Shown here: positions 1 to 13,934 of the stretch, one piece after another
How positions within the stretch are numbered: position 1 is the first letter of the stretch
How the letters are laid out: every line of letters begins with the position of its first letter
NCBI GenBank assembly: GCA_013265495.1
Contig: MU061579.1
Span: forward strand, 1,795,319-1,859,318
Length of the DNA: 64,000 nt
Origin: Vicugna vicugna
Lineage: Eukaryota
Direction of reading: 5' to 3'
The notes under the pieces: model-generated
Databases searched by the model: none
What the model was told of the DNA's origin: nothing
What the model saw: only the letters and a program-made list of their open reading frames with translations
Position numbers and translations under genes: made by a program

Positions 1-363
1 CAGACTTATTTATATAAAGAAGGCTCACAGACATAGAAAACAAACTTATGGTTACCAGGGGTAAAAGGGGTGGGAAGGCATAAATTGTGAGTTGGAGATT
101 TGCAGATACTAATTAATATATATAAAATAGATAAACAACAAGTTCATACTGTATAGCACAGGAAACTATATTCAATATCATATAGTAACTTATGGTAAAA
201 AAGAATATGTAAACAAATATACGTGTGTTCATGTATGACTGAAGTATTGTGCTGTACACCAGAAATCGACACGTTGTAAACTGACTATACTTCACTAAAT
301 ATATATATATATACATATATGCGCACACACACACACGTACCAAAACAAAAACAAAAACAAAAA
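1..363 (+). mobile_element. L1 3'UTR fragment (young, camelid-type) with TA/CA-rich and (CAAAAA)n tail
   Basis: ctcacagacatagaaaacaaacttatggttacc...tgtaaactgactatacttc matches the L1 3'UTR seen repeatedly in this window; A-rich tail; 5' end may lie outside the window. Confidence 0.9.
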
Positions 364-451
364 TTTAATGAGTAGAATGTATTTAGTGGTTCATAGATAG
401 AATCAACAGCATGTAAACTTTCAGAGGTTAGTGATTAGAAAAATAACTCAT

Positions 452-524
452 CACCAGAAATTGGCACAACATTGTAAACTGATTATATTTCAATAAAAAA
501 AAATAATACACACAACAAAAAAAA
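452..524 (+). mobile_element. Very short 5'-truncated L1 3' end
   Basis: caccagaaattggcacaacattgtaaactgattatatttcaataaaaa plus A tail; short TSD aactcat at 445-451 and 525-531. Confidence 0.8.
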
Positions 525-1677
525 AACTCATTATTTTAAGGGAAAACTAGAGAGGGAAACACAGATTTCAGTTTAGTTTTGTTTTGTTAGATTAAATTTC
601 CAGAGTACTACCTCTAAAAAACCCTACACCCAAGTATACCAGAAGCATTAGCCAGGTGAGGAGTGGGAGTGACAGCATTCCAAACAGAGGGAATAGCAGA
701 GGTGGCCACAAATGATGGCAGTACTGGCTTCATTGTAACAACTTTCCAAGGACACACTAAAGGATTCTTCTCCAGTATGTATAGGAATGATTTTTCCATG
801 GAGTTTATGTGATATAATATTCATAAGTCTTTCTTCTTATTAAAATGCATTAGCATTGTAGGGGGAAAACTTGAAGCTCATTCAAAAAACTGTAAAATAG
901 GTTGCACTTAGAAGGCATTTTTGGACTTTCAGAAATTATTTTAAAGTTGCAGTCTTTAAAATCCTCTTTTTTATGAATGTTTTAGTCACTACGCATTAAA
1001 TGACCAACTACCTTCTGGTTATAACTAACAAAACAGGGAATTAGAATTTTAAAAAATAACAACACTCAATGACTTTTATAACTAAAGACACAATATGACA
1101 ATTATTCATCTTGTTGAAGTACTGGCATACTCTTTTTTAAAATTTACAAGAAAAATAATAGTCTCATTAGAGGCTGGACTTTGATACCTAGCCTGCTCCA
1201 TGCTCAGTCCCAGCTATTAATACACCTGCTGCTATAAACTGAAGATTTAGAGTTAGGCATAGACATGATAAAATAAAACTTAGCCTGTGGTGCCCATAAT
1301 GAGTAAGAAGTCCTTAGCCACATAATTCTGTTTACTGTTTAATAGTGTGAGTTAAAATCATCTTTTGTTCTAATTTCTATAAGCATTCATCTCTGTTAAG
1401 GCCATCTAGGTTTAAAAATAATAGCTGTCTTGTTCTCTTTTCTGTATTTGTCTTGGTTTTCTACTCTTTATATAAGCCAAAAATAAGTAATATCTCATGT
1501 GATCCTTGTACCTTCCTGCTTTTATGTTTCCATCCTCTACTGTGTAAATGAACTCTAGGCCATTCTAAGGAAATCTGAGTTCCAGAAACTGTAAACCAGA
1601 GGCACCTTCAATGTTTTCTAGGAGGTAATGTTGGTCCCTGATTTCTGTTGGGTCTGTTTCAAAAACTATCTTAAAAA

Positions 1678-2583
1678 TAGTTGATTCTCATTATCTGCAG
1701 ATTACATAATTGTGGATTTGCCTTCTGGAGAAAATTTATTTGTAGCCCCAAGATCAATTCTCAAGGACTTTCACAGACATTCACAAAGGGACGAAAAATT
1801 AGAGCCACCCATGTCCATAGCTGAGGTCAAACAAGGCTAAGCTCTGCCTTCTTATTTCAGGTCTCATCTTGTAAATGAGTATTTTTTCAGCATCTGGTTA
1901 ATGTCACATTTTTTGCATTCTGGTCCTTTTTGTCAGCAAATTTGTTGTTTAAAATGGCCCCCAAGGATAATGCTGAAGTGCTGTTTATTGTTTCTAAGCC
2001 CAAGAAGGCTGTGATGTGACTTCTGGAGAAAATACAAGTGATAAGATGCATTCAGGCATGAATTGTGCTATCTGAGTTCAATGTTAATGAATCAACAATA
2101 TGGTGTATCTGGAGAAAGGAAGAGGACTTTAAATAAGACTGCTTTGAAAAGTGTTAAATTAACATGTATAGTTTCTGATGAAGCTATGGAAAAGATGGAC
2201 ACGTGGCTAAATTTGTGGATTCATGAGATAATAACTGATTAAATAAGCGTAGCAGACAGCCCTGTGTGAGTTGAAAAGCCAAATATATTTGTGACCATGT
2301 TATCCAGGATCTGTTAAACTGTTAAACTCTTTTCAGCTAATGTTTCCTCACAAAGAAACACAGCACATAATTAATCATTTCTTTGAGATGTGTATTAGGT
2401 TGGGCATGCATAACTAAAGCACACACAAGCAAGCTTATGTTTGATTGGTTGATGAACATCTGATGAGAGGATCTCAAGAACCTAACCCCGTATCTCTGCT
2501 AGGTACAGTGGCTCTGGATTCGCTAAGTCAGCACTTGCTGATACTTAATAAACGTAACTACCACGGAAAAAGAGGATCAACTG
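1678..2583 (+). mobile_element. TcMar-Tigger DNA transposon, MER82-like, with transposase remnant
   Basis: Termini (c/t)agttgattctc...gaggatcaactg are inverted repeats, right end followed by TA; body resembles MER82; internal segment translates as DEAMEKMDTWLNLWIHE (Tigger/CENP-B-like). Confidence 0.8.
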
Positions 2584-5500
2584 TATAGAAAATGTGGTCA
2601 ATTTCATTTTTATGGACAGAAAATTTTAGTTTCTTTACAGTTTCTTCCCTAACACTCCTCTATATAATCAATATTCAAGTATGAAAGAATCTGAAATCAT
2701 GTAACAGAAAACGGAAGATATGAGATCAAATGAAGTTTTACTCCATGTTCGTAAAACAGGACTTCTAGAAATAGATGTCATTTGCGTGTTTTTAAACTTA
2801 GAGAAAATATATTTATCTGTAACAGTATTCATAGTAGACAGATGATAAGATTTCCTTCTTTAATAGATTATTTTACAACTCAGGAAATTCAAAAAGGAAT
2901 ATGATGTAAAAAATGATAAACTGAATAGACATAAATATGAGAAAAAATGGTATGAATGAAATGACACAGAAAAGTAATAGGCCATTTCTTAAAATTAACT
3001 TGTTTGGATAAAAATGTGTGCTTATTTCAATTCATGAAGGCAAACATTTTAAACTCTATGAGAACATATACCTTGTACTTTTTTTTTTCATGGCCCACGT
3101 CACTATGCTAAATTTCATTCAGAACAACAATACATGTATACACATTTGAAGAAAGCCAAATAGTTTCCATCTAACTACTGCTTTCATTACCAACTTTCTT
3201 TTTCAATGGTAGTTCTTTGAATTCAAATAAATTATTTTAAAATAGGTGGAAAACATTTAAGCTATTTTCAGAGGTATTTAATGCTCATTTATATGAAGAA
3301 ATCCTGTGCTTTGTAACTATGTTTTAGAAAGAACCAAAACGTAGCCTAAAAACAATAAGAAAACAATGTCAAATATTATTTTATGGAACCTAATGCATAT
3401 TTTCCTACCCTAACTCATGCTTAATATGTTCTTCAACATATCTCTTTGGGGTCTGTTCCTTATATGAAATTTTGTAGAGATGAAAGGAGAAAGAATGACC
3501 TATATTGCTTTAAAGTGGTAACTCGTTTTTTTTAAATTTCAAAGTATGTATCTCTTTTACACAAAAATGTATGAAAATGATTTGCCTCCAGGCAGGGACA
3601 TCATAAGTCAAGGTTTTGCCATTATGAAATTTTTGCTTTTGAGTTACAAACCTATACAAAAGCTATAAACCCTGAAATGCGACAGACTTCATAAGTGTAG
3701 AACAGGTGGTGCTGTCATACTATAGCAGGCATTTTAGAAGGTACTGTAAAACTAAATTACAGATGCATGTTATTTTCAGTAAATACAATTTCAACAGGAA
3801 CCATATCCAAAATAGTAATTTTAAATAACTCAACTAAAAAACACACAGCTGAATTCTGTCTCTCTTAAATAATCTTAGAAGAATAAATATTTCCAGAAGC
3901 AATACCCATGAGCAAATCTGCTATTATGTCTGGATCACTCGATGGTACCCAAAAACTAAATGAAAATGTTTCACAACTCCACTTTTTTTTAATATGGCTA
4001 ATGCAAAAGTAAAAGGCTCCCATTTTTAAAATTTAATTTCAAGTTAATTAAAGTTAAACTCTTACCTTTAGTGAGGAATTTGTTCACTTTAGCATAACAA
4101 AGTTAGTTATAAACTCCCCAAAATGATGTATCTATCTTTCTAGTAATTTGTTTATTCACAAAAGCAGGTGTGTGTGTGTTTTCTCTAACACCTAGAGTAC
4201 TGCAGATTATAGGATACAACTTGAGAAGCTTTTACATAAAAATATTTGATACATTCCAAATGACCATAGAGTGTTTTTTTTTCTAATTTTTTTTTTGTGG
4301 AATATTTGAATATAATACCTGAGGAAGTTAGGATGAGTTCATTCAAATAAATGTTTTTAGGAAAATCTGTATTGCAATTTCTTTTGTAAACATTTTGATT
4401 TCTTGGTATAAAAAGAAGAAAAAAATGAAATAAGATATCTAGGATGTATTTGGTGATGAAATTCCCAGTGTGTTGTATAAATATGGATATTGCCTCAAAC
4501 TGCTTAGAATTGAGAACTAGTATGGCTGGTAGTAACAGAAAAATGCTTGGCACAATATGTTAGTATTCAGTCATCATAAATGATAAATGTTTCTGGTCAG
4601 CAAACTCTATGACCATGAGACTTCATTCATTTCATGGCCTATACAAGTAACTTATAGCACAAACTCCATCTCAAAACACAAAGTGTCTAAAAATTATTCT
4701 GCTTTCAAGGCACCATTGGTACTGATTGGGATTAGGGTAATATCCATTTGTAACAGGAAACAAAACATTGAATACTATTTCTGAGTTATCAGTATTCACT
4801 GAACTAATTTCCAGAAATTTGCACATACATGCTTCATATAAAAATGTGACAGTTTACTGGTAAATATGTAAAAGTATATGTTAACAATACTATTTTATAA
4901 TTTTATCTGAGAAAGATTACATGTAAGAGTCTGCATTGATTTCATTAATTTAAATTCTATTTCAGAGTTAATGTTAATCTAAATACATAGAATGTGTGAT
5001 AATTTTTTGGATTCTATATATACTGTTTGGTCTCAGATCAACTGGAAGTCCATGGAATGATGTGGGTTTTGAGTATGAAATTTTGGTGTCTGTTAAATTA
5101 GCCTTGAAATGAAATTGCAGACTCTGAGTACTAACATCTAACACTTTAGCCCTACACGTTAAATAACACAGGTTCAACATTTTGAAGAAGGCTCAGTCTT
5201 TTAATAAAGATCTTTATGCAGAGTGAGGAGACTGATCACTAACCAGAACTCAGGTTCGGTCAAAACTAAGTTTTTCACACGTTGACGTTGCAGGCTCACT
5301 TGTAAACATCCCCACACCTAACTTCATTTCTCTTTCTAAAACAATAGATTCAGTATGCTGATGACTAGAGACGGCCGTGTATTTTTAGATCAACAAAATT
5401 CTTCAAAAGGAAAATAAAAATACCTGAAAATATGGTTTTGAAAAGAAGGAGAGTTAGTAATTGCTCAGAACAAGGGGAGAAAATCATGGAGAATATTTAA

Positions 5501-8479
5501 AGGTGTCAAGATGACAGTTAAGGGGCTGAAACATTAGGGTATTTATTATGATTTGAATTGTTTAACAATCAGAATATGTGACATGAAGTTCTGCTGATTT
5601 CCTCACCCTATTTCAGACCACCAACTCACTCAAGTTCTCTTCGCATGCTCTGCACAAAGGAAGCTCAGGGGCTGATCAACAAGTGTTCTTCCTAAGCAGA
5701 AGGCCCACCAGGTCACATGATACTGGGTCTCCTTAGTATAGGCACCTCCACTTTCTGCAAGGGATTATTACAAACCATCCCGCAGTGTGGGTAAGGAGCA
5801 CCAAAGAAAACATGCATACCTCAATCTAAAGACTCTATACACTGAAGTTTCTCCTTGACTTTCTCTGCTCTGCTTAAACCGGCAGGGAGGAAATGGAGGT
5901 GGGGCACGGGGAAAGATGCTAATGTGGACCTGTTTGCCCTCTCTTTGTAAGGCCGATGGCAATTCCTTTTAGGACACAGCAGGTACTAATGAGCTATGTT
6001 GTTTAGCTTTGGAGCATTGGCCTCAATTGCAAGGCAACACCTGCCACGTTCCCCAGCACCTGGAAACTAATGACTGACAGTTAACTTGAGATGAAACAAA
6101 TACCCTTTATCATCTCACAGTGTATTAATATTTCTAATACTCTCATTCGGGGACAATTAGTTCAGGTTAATGTATTGTTTCAACAAACTTTTAAAACTTG
6201 AAGTAGGTACTTATTTCCTCACTTATTCCTGAAGTTTTTTCTATAAGTGGCAGGTATCACAGTACAATTTTTAAATGATTGCAGATTTTGTGACATGAAG
6301 GGTTTTTCCAGGCGTCCAGGAACTATGAGACTTTTTACAGAATTGACCCAGAACTTTCACACCTCAGTTTAGTCTGCAATTCAAAGACTGTGATTCTTGT
6401 CATCAGAAAATTTCACTTGTATTCAAGCACTTTAAGATGTATTTTCCTAAGAAACGATAATTGAAAGTTCTTTTAGAATAAGTCAGATCATACTTACAGA
6501 GGATTTGATTTGGAAAGCTGAACAGTCTACTGTTGCTTAAATCCATATTAAGCGATACAGTCACTTCTTGATGAGAAAAATTAAACTCAGCATCAGGTAT
6601 ACACTGTATTTTTTTTAACAAAAACCTTTGAAAACTGATTATTCTGTTTCAGTTTGTTCTCTCTGAACAAAGTTAGTCTCCCAAATTCTATATGAGTAAA
6701 CAATAAAAAATACAGCAAGTGTAATATTTTAATACAGTACCTAAATTGACCAGTACTTCTGACTATTCTAGTTTCCTAATGCAATTAAAGGACTGTATAT
6801 TGATATTGTCATCTTCAGTTATATACAAACTATAGCAGCAATATTCACCGTAAGAAAATAAACATCACGTTAAACTCCCAAAGCAGTGATGATTTAGTCA
6901 GATTATAAAATTGCACAGGAGCAAGTTTTCAGATATTGCCTGTGTTGATAAGCTCGTGTGGAGTTAAGCTTTCTTATAATTGTATCAACTCACTATACTT
7001 CAACCATTACTGTTTAATATAAAAGATTTCCAAGAAGATTGAGCCTTATTTATAAAGATGAGTATACACAAAGAAAAATATAAATTCCCTATAATAGAAC
7101 ACACTGCAGTTAATAATAATATATATACATTATGTCTGTTTTTGGTATGTGCACAATCCCAGCCATTAAAGAGTTACAATGTCTCAGCAAAAAGTGAAAA
7201 TTTCAAATTCTAAGTAAATTTGATTTGTCATGTTTTCACTAGAAAACAAACGCATTTTGCTGTGAATTTATTACAAGAGCACAGCCTATTTGTTTTCAAG
7301 TTCATTTCCCCTGGGATAAAGTGGCAGTAAATGGATAATCCATGGCTTGATTTCGCACAGTTAGGCATCCCAGCATGCACCAGGAAGAGAGCAAATGAAA
7401 GAACTGGGACATTTATAAGAAAGCTCCCTGCAGACTCATTATTGGCAGTGCCATGAACCATTACAAACCCACAGCCCTGAGAGCTCCAAAATGCATGCTG
7501 TGGTATACCACATTCATTGAAATATAGAATAATATATTTTCTAACTCTTTAATTTATATTTAACCTTTCATTTCTACAGCTAGAGTAATTGAGTTTCACA
7601 TGTAAACAAAATTTAGGTACTTATTATATTTTTGTAAACTAAATCTAGTTGGAAACATGTAATATACACATATATGAATAATTGAAACTTTTAAGAGCCT
7701 TTTTATTCCTCCTAATGCCATAATATCTGGTACTTCCAGTTTCCAAAAGCACATTTAATATAAATTTTGGTTTTATTTTTTTTAAAGTCAAAGTAAAATG
7801 TTACCAAATTTTATATAATAATCAAAAAGTACATACATTCTATCTTTTTTCACAACAAAATATAATTGATGTTAATATGCAGAAAGTCAGTTCAGAGCAA
7901 AATCATTGTCACTTGTCACTTCTCCCGGCCAAATAACATACATTTAATTATTTTACTTGAGGAAAAAAACTCATAAAACACAATGCAAAAAGGTTGGGGC
8001 ACCAAAAAAAATCTGAGACCCATTTTGAAACATAACTACCATAAATAAGGAAATAGTGCATGGGGATTACGCTTTTTACAATGATAAAAGAACTGTAACT
8101 ATCTGCAGGGTCAAAAAATTAAGGTTTGGCATGGTTGACAGTTTATAGCTATCCCTAAAATAAACTGAAAAGCCAGAAGAAACCAACAACTTGAATATTA
8201 GAAGAAAGAACAATTTACAACATACACCTACTTATTACCAAGAGATGTCAGAAAACAGATCAACAGATAGATAAGATGACTGTGTGGGTCAGTGTAGATA
8301 ATCCAAACACTGAGTTCTACAGCTTTTTATGCATATATCTCAGCTCCAGTTTTAAGACTAAATTCACCATGGGTAAGTTCTTCATTGATAATTATAACAT
8401 TAACAATAATAATCATATCTGCCTTTTAAAAATTATCCATAATGTACCAGGCATTAACTGAGGACTTTTATATAATTAG

Positions 8480-8530
8480 ACAAGTATTCAATATAAATCA
8501 TTTTAATTTGAAGTCATACAGTTTATACAT
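8480..8530 (-). promoter_or_regulatory. Candidate polyadenylation region of the minus-strand gene
   Basis: Minus strand reads TGTATAAACTGTATGACTTCAAATTAAAATGATTTATATTG: ATTAAA (8502-8507) preceded by two UGUA motifs and followed by U-rich sequence, about 250 nt after the stop at 8753. Confidence 0.45.
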
Positions 8531-8752
8531 TGAAGAATGTTTCCTTGATAACTGTTTTCTTTTTCACAGTATTCTGTTAAAAAGGTTAACAGAGTTTTGA
8601 TAAGTAAAGGAAATACTGGGACACGTTAGCAGATGCAGACTTATTGCCTAGAAGGTATTTTGAACATTATGAATCTCACTTCATGGTGAATGTGTGAAAA
8701 AACATTTTCAACATTGAAAATAGTCATATACACACAAAAAAATTCCCAGAGT

Positions 8753-9035
8753 CTAGATCATCAGTTGGTGGCATATGGCTAGCTCAGCAAATATAGCTGT
8801 TGAGATAGTTTTTAGTAAAGACACTCTGAAAAAATCTATGGATAAACGTAGGGATTTATTTCGAGGGAAAAGATTATCAGCCAGCAATGCTGGATTTTTT
8901 ACGGCTTTTTCATCCTCCAGCTGGTTATGTTCATTTTCTGCATCTTCCTTTAGGGACATCTTTCTAACCAACTTGTTCACTCCCCTAATGCACTCTCTCA
9001 CTCTCCTATAGTGGGAGTTCCCTCTTCCAGAATCT
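8753..9035 (-). CDS. Candidate terminal coding exon of an unidentified gene (DSGRGNSHYRRVRECIRGVNKLVRKMSLKEDAENEHNQ...AICHQLMI*)
   Basis: Non-repetitive frame open from 9046 to TAG at 8753-8755; protein-like composition; antisense frame also open; AG at 9036-9037 gives phase 2, matching the 37751-37822 exon; downstream poly(A) signal. The acceptor is weak, and an alternative acceptor at 9088-9089 would make most of this 3'UTR. Confidence 0.45.
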
Positions 9036-11050
9036 CTTTTAAGACGTTAACCAGTGGCTAAAGATTTATCTCACCGATAAACTAAGCCTGGAGTGATAAT
9101 TTTAATACAAGCGTCACCTAATTTTTACCTATTCAAATATTTTATTGACCAAAGGATTGGATTAGGAAATAGGTTTCATAATGAGACTTACAAATCCTGC
9201 CAGGCCCCACAGAGTTCCTTCCCCCTACTGCCTTCGCTCCAAACTTACCTCATATGCCCTCTGCAAGGGCCGTGCTGGCTTCTTGTTCCTGGAATGTGCC
9301 AGCCATGCTGGATTTTAAAGTCTTGATATTTGTTTTTCTTTTTGCCTGGGATACATTTCCTCGATACAGTCACACCCCTTAGGTTTTATTCATGAGTCAC
9401 TTAGGTGCCCCTCCTGACCAGCTCTGGCCACTGAGATAGGTAGATGACTGTACGTTTAAAGCTTTCTACCACAAGCTTTCTGCTTTTCTGCTTGAAATAC
9501 CTATTTCTATCACCTTTAATCCCAACTGAAACAAACTGGAGGGTAGTACCTCTGATAAATAAAAACCTAACTACCTCCGTCCCCCTCCCCAAATACATGT
9601 ATGTTAAAAAAGAAAGAAATTGGGGTAAATCACTTTGTAGAAATTTTCTATTTTGTATTTCAATTAGAAAATTTCTTAATTTCCATTGATATTCTGATAG
9701 AAATTATTGCTATCAATCAAATATTTCCACATCTTTAATTATCCTATTGATAAAAAGCACTGCACCCCAATTCAACCAGCTTTGAATCTCCTTCATGGCA
9801 CGGATCATGACCACTTTCTTTTTCCTAGTATGTCTATGTATTCCACCCATTACTCATCTTCTCTGTGCTGGGTTTGGGGTGTACAGGCATGGTGAGTGGA
9901 CCAGTGCTTTTGAAGAAGGCTGTGTTTATAGAAATAGATTTGTGTTTGTAGTACAACTCTCAACTCAAAAATAATTAAATGCTACATAGCATACGAACTG
10001 CAGGTTACATAAGTTACATAGCTGTTAGTAAGGACATTACCATTTCTTTATTTGATAAATATCACTTTGAAATTTTGAACATATATATGTGGAGACTGAG
10101 CCTTTGATTAAAGCTTGAGTGCCCAAACTACTTTGTTTTAACCTGAAATCACTTAAGCATAGCTTTTATGCCTTTACAATTTCTAGTGTGCACAGTGAAG
10201 AAAATAAAAAGAACCCTGCACAGTTTTACATGTAAATCAAGTCAACCTAGCCGATCCCTGACTAACCAGAAGCTAATGAAATGAAGAACACTGATATCCT
10301 AATGACCCCTACTAAGCCCTGATGCAAGTTACGTCTTCTGGTCAGAATTCAAAGACATTGCATAAGACTTATATCTAAGCTAAATTTTGTTTAGAAGTGT
10401 TAAAAAAGCAGTTGCTCAAAATTCACCTTAAAGGAAAAATTTAAAAATCGAGGAAACTGGATCAGAATGATCTACTTTCACACAGCCTTGCTGTTTCCGT
10501 ATTGTTTGTAACTTTCTGGCAGGAGTCATTTTATGACTTAGTGTCTGTTTATAGAAAATTAGAAGGAACCTCCATCACCTGTGTCTATTCTCTTAGAAGC
10601 TTGACTGAAGGAGAAACTACTGGAAACCCCTGTGGCCTGGGCTCAGTAAAGTCATCATTAGTTGATTGCATAGCTAAGGAGTTTTACAGTCATCTAATTT
10701 TAAAACATGTAAATAATGTCCATTATGTGACAGACACTCAGTATTTGAGTATGAGGTCTTAAAGATAAGTATCATCAAAGACCCTCACAGAGAATTCCCT
10801 CTCTCATGCAAATTCACACTCAAAAAAAACTACAGGATGTATTAGTTTCTACTATGTCTTTAGATCATACAATATTAATTATATTAACTTCTTCCCTTTA
10901 CTGTAAACTCAAAACTAAAGTCATATATTTCATGTTTTACACATTCATATAAATTAAATTATATTATTACTATAAGATACACCTAAGAAAATATGTAAAC
11001 ACCTCAGTATTGTGTCATTAAATAAAACTGTATTTAAAAGGTTTATCAAG

Positions 11051-11570
11051 ATGGAAATGGCCTAAATGTCCATCAACAGATGACTGGATAAAGAAGATGT
11101 GGTATATTTATACAATGGAATACTGCTCAGCCATAAAAACTGACAACATAATGCCATTTGCAGCAACATGGATGTTCTTGGAGAATGTCATTCTAAGTGA
11201 AGCAAGTCAGAAAGAGAAAGAAAAATACCATATGAGATCACTCATACGTGGCATCTGGAAAAACAAACAAACAAAAGAACATAAATACAAACCAGAAACA
11301 GACTCATAGACATAGAATAGAAGCTTGTGGTTGTCAAGGGGCAGGGGATTGGAAGGGACAGAATGGGATTTCAAAATTTGTAGAAACTGACAGGCATATG
11401 TATAATAGATAAACAGGATTACACTGTATAGCACAGTGAAAAAAAAATGTGACAATGAATATATGCATGTTCATGTATAACTGAAAAATTGTGCTCTACA
11501 CTGGAATTTGACACAACATTGTAAAATTACTATAACTCAATTAAAAAATGTTAAAAATAAATAAATAAAT
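11051..11570 (+). mobile_element. 5'-truncated L1 (ORF2 C-terminus plus 3'UTR)
   Basis: ORF 11097-11309 MWYIYTMEYCSAIK...MPFAATWM is the L1 ORF2 C-terminus; (TAAA)n tail; TSD gtttatcaag at 11041-11050 and 11571-11580. Confidence 0.95.
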
Positions 11571-11849
11571 GTTTATCAAGGTTTATTTTCAATAATTTTT
11601 TTATTTACTGATTTATTAATGCTTAATTGTTGTTACCTAACTTTTTTTCATTAAGAGACTATTTGAAAAAGAAAAATGTTAAGATTTTATTAGAAAAATA
11701 AGTAAATTCTCATCAGGCTATTTCTTCATGTTTCTATTTGGTCATAAAACGCCTCTGGCTGGAGAATTTCTGTCTTTTTCTTTAGAGACAGGGATAATAA
11801 AACAGAAATCAAGAAAGGTAATGAAAACCTGTAGACTTGGACAAGGGTA

Positions 11850-13040
11850 TCTCCATGAAGAAAACTGAAAATGTGAGGTGTTTACTTGCATATATTTAAC
11901 TACTACTACTACAAAAAAAAAAAGATGAGCCTAAAAAACAAACAAACAAAACAGGGAATTTATATTCAGAATTTAGAGGATTAGGACTTTCTAACTTAGA
12001 AAACAAATCTATTTCTTACCTCTAACTTCCCTAGCCAGTAGAAGATTCTCAACTTAGGACACAGCTCAAGGCCAAAGAAAATTCAGATAAGACACAGACT
12101 CAGAATAAAGGTCAAATCTGTAATATGGCTGCAACACTCTTTGTTATGACCTCTGAAAAGAACATGGTTGTGTGGTCTAGAAAAACTTACAAGTTAGAAA
12201 ATGGGTTCTAGAAAACATAAGGGAAAGATGTTTGCTATGTTCAAAGCATCAGTAATCCAATCAAAAGAAAAGACCATCTTAAAAATGTGTGGTGTAGCTG
12301 TTTGCAGAGATAGTAGCTACAAATTGGAATCAAATACATAGAAAGCCCAAAATGTGTTTGAGAGAGCTTCATTAGCAAGAGCACTGTCAGTCTGCACTGC
12401 CTGAAATTCAGACTTTATAAAAAGACTTTTAGGACACTAACCTTCCAGAGGCAATGAGATTTGATCAGCTGCCAAAAGAACATATATATCAATGCCCTTT
12501 TCTGAATTAGCCAGGGTGAAGGGTAGAAAAAGAAAAACAAATACGGCATGATATCACTTATATGTGGAATCTAAAACTTACAACAACTAGTGAATATAGC
12601 AAAAAAGCAGCAGACTCACAGATATGGAGAACAAACTAACGGTTACCAGTGGTGAGAGGGAAGGGGCAATTACAGTGGTAGGGGAATAAGAGGTACAACC
12701 TATTCTGTATAAAATAAGCTACAAGGATATATTATATAACACAAGGGATTACAAACAATATTTTATAGTAACTATAAATGACGTATAAACTTTAATAACT
12801 GTGAATCACTATATTGTATACCTACAACTGATACACTATTGTACATCAACTATCTTTCAATAAAAAAAAAGAAAAAGAAGAAGGTTCTAGAGTGTGTAAC
12901 TCACATCCAAGCAAACAAAAGTCCAGGAAACCCTCTCAGGGAGCAGAACCAGGATCTACTTAAGGAGCACCCTTTACCCAACAAGCGTGTGGAATTGGCA
13001 AAACATGCCCAGTGGAATATCAAAGTTCACATGTACCAAT
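11850..13040 (+). mobile_element. MaLR internal sequence (MLT1-int-like), interrupted by an L1
   Basis: gaagattctcaa...ggtcaaatctgtaatatggctgcaacactctttgttatgacctctgaaa resembles MLT1 internal consensus; boundaries approximate. Confidence 0.55.
12538..12870 (+). mobile_element. L1 3' end (older subfamily)
   Basis: caaatacggcatgatatcacttatatgtggaatctaaa...caataaaaaaaaa; agaaaaagaa on both flanks. Confidence 0.85.
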
Positions 13041-13479
13041 GAGTATATTTATCGACGGACAGTACAGTTTCCACTGAGACATTAAAACTCATTTCAAGGG
13101 GAAATCATCAGATATGCAAAAAGTGTCATGTGACATGTTACAACAACAGTGCCCTGTAAACTAATGGAGGCAAAGAAGGAAGGAAGGATGAGAAAGCAAT
13201 GACAAGGGAAGACTATCCTGCAGTATGCAGGCCCAGGAATGGCTGTGTAGGACCTCATCCACTAGGCTTAACCAGAATTGCTGTGAACAGTTGGCCAAGA
13301 AAAACTAGTGAAAGATAAGGAAAGAGGGCAAGTTAGAAATGAAGCAAGGAAAGGAAGGCAAAAAACTAAGGGCACAACTATTAAACACTTAATATATGAA
13401 ACCTACATGCTCATTTTTTAATATAGAGTTATACATAGGTATCAAATGTCCCTAGTCACATGGTGTATATCACTTATAT

Positions 13480-13835
13480 ATGCCAGACACTTATGTTCTA
13501 AGTACATTATGAATATTAAATCAATTAATAATTACAACAATTATTTGAGGAAGGACCTATGTAATCCCCATTTTTCAGAGGAGACCCTGATGCCAGAGAG
13601 GCTTATTAACTTTTTGATGTTCACTCAGCTAGTAAATGACAAAGCTGCTATATGAGCACATCATCTTATTTTATCTTCTCCATTATCCTTTGCCAAAATG
13701 TATTACTATTGTTTTACAGTTAAGAAAACTGGCCCAGGGAATTTAAATAATTTATGTGAGGAGGTAACTAGAATTCATTGTAGCTTATATTTGAAGCCAA
13801 GTACAGCTAGCTCAGGTACCAATGCTCTTACCATT
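13480..13835 (-). mobile_element. Two adjacent MIR SINE fragments
   Basis: ccccatttttcagaggagaccctgatgccagagagg and ttttacagttaagaaaactggcccagg: MIR core in reverse orientation. Confidence 0.7.
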
Positions 13836-13934
13836 ACATCACTTTCTCTTTGCTTATATAAAGAAAAGAATCAGACAGTGTGTGAGGGAGTGAGAAATGA
13901 GTCAAATACAAGGACTGCACTTTATTGAGCAAGA

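Noticed and set aside
4185..4553. 122-aa minus-strand ORF
   Set aside because: Low-complexity F/I/L/K composition typical of AT-rich non-coding DNA; no splice or homology support
8775..9011. Plus-strand 78-aa ORF
   Set aside because: Ser/Phe/Leu-rich antisense shadow of the minus-strand frame; no supporting signals
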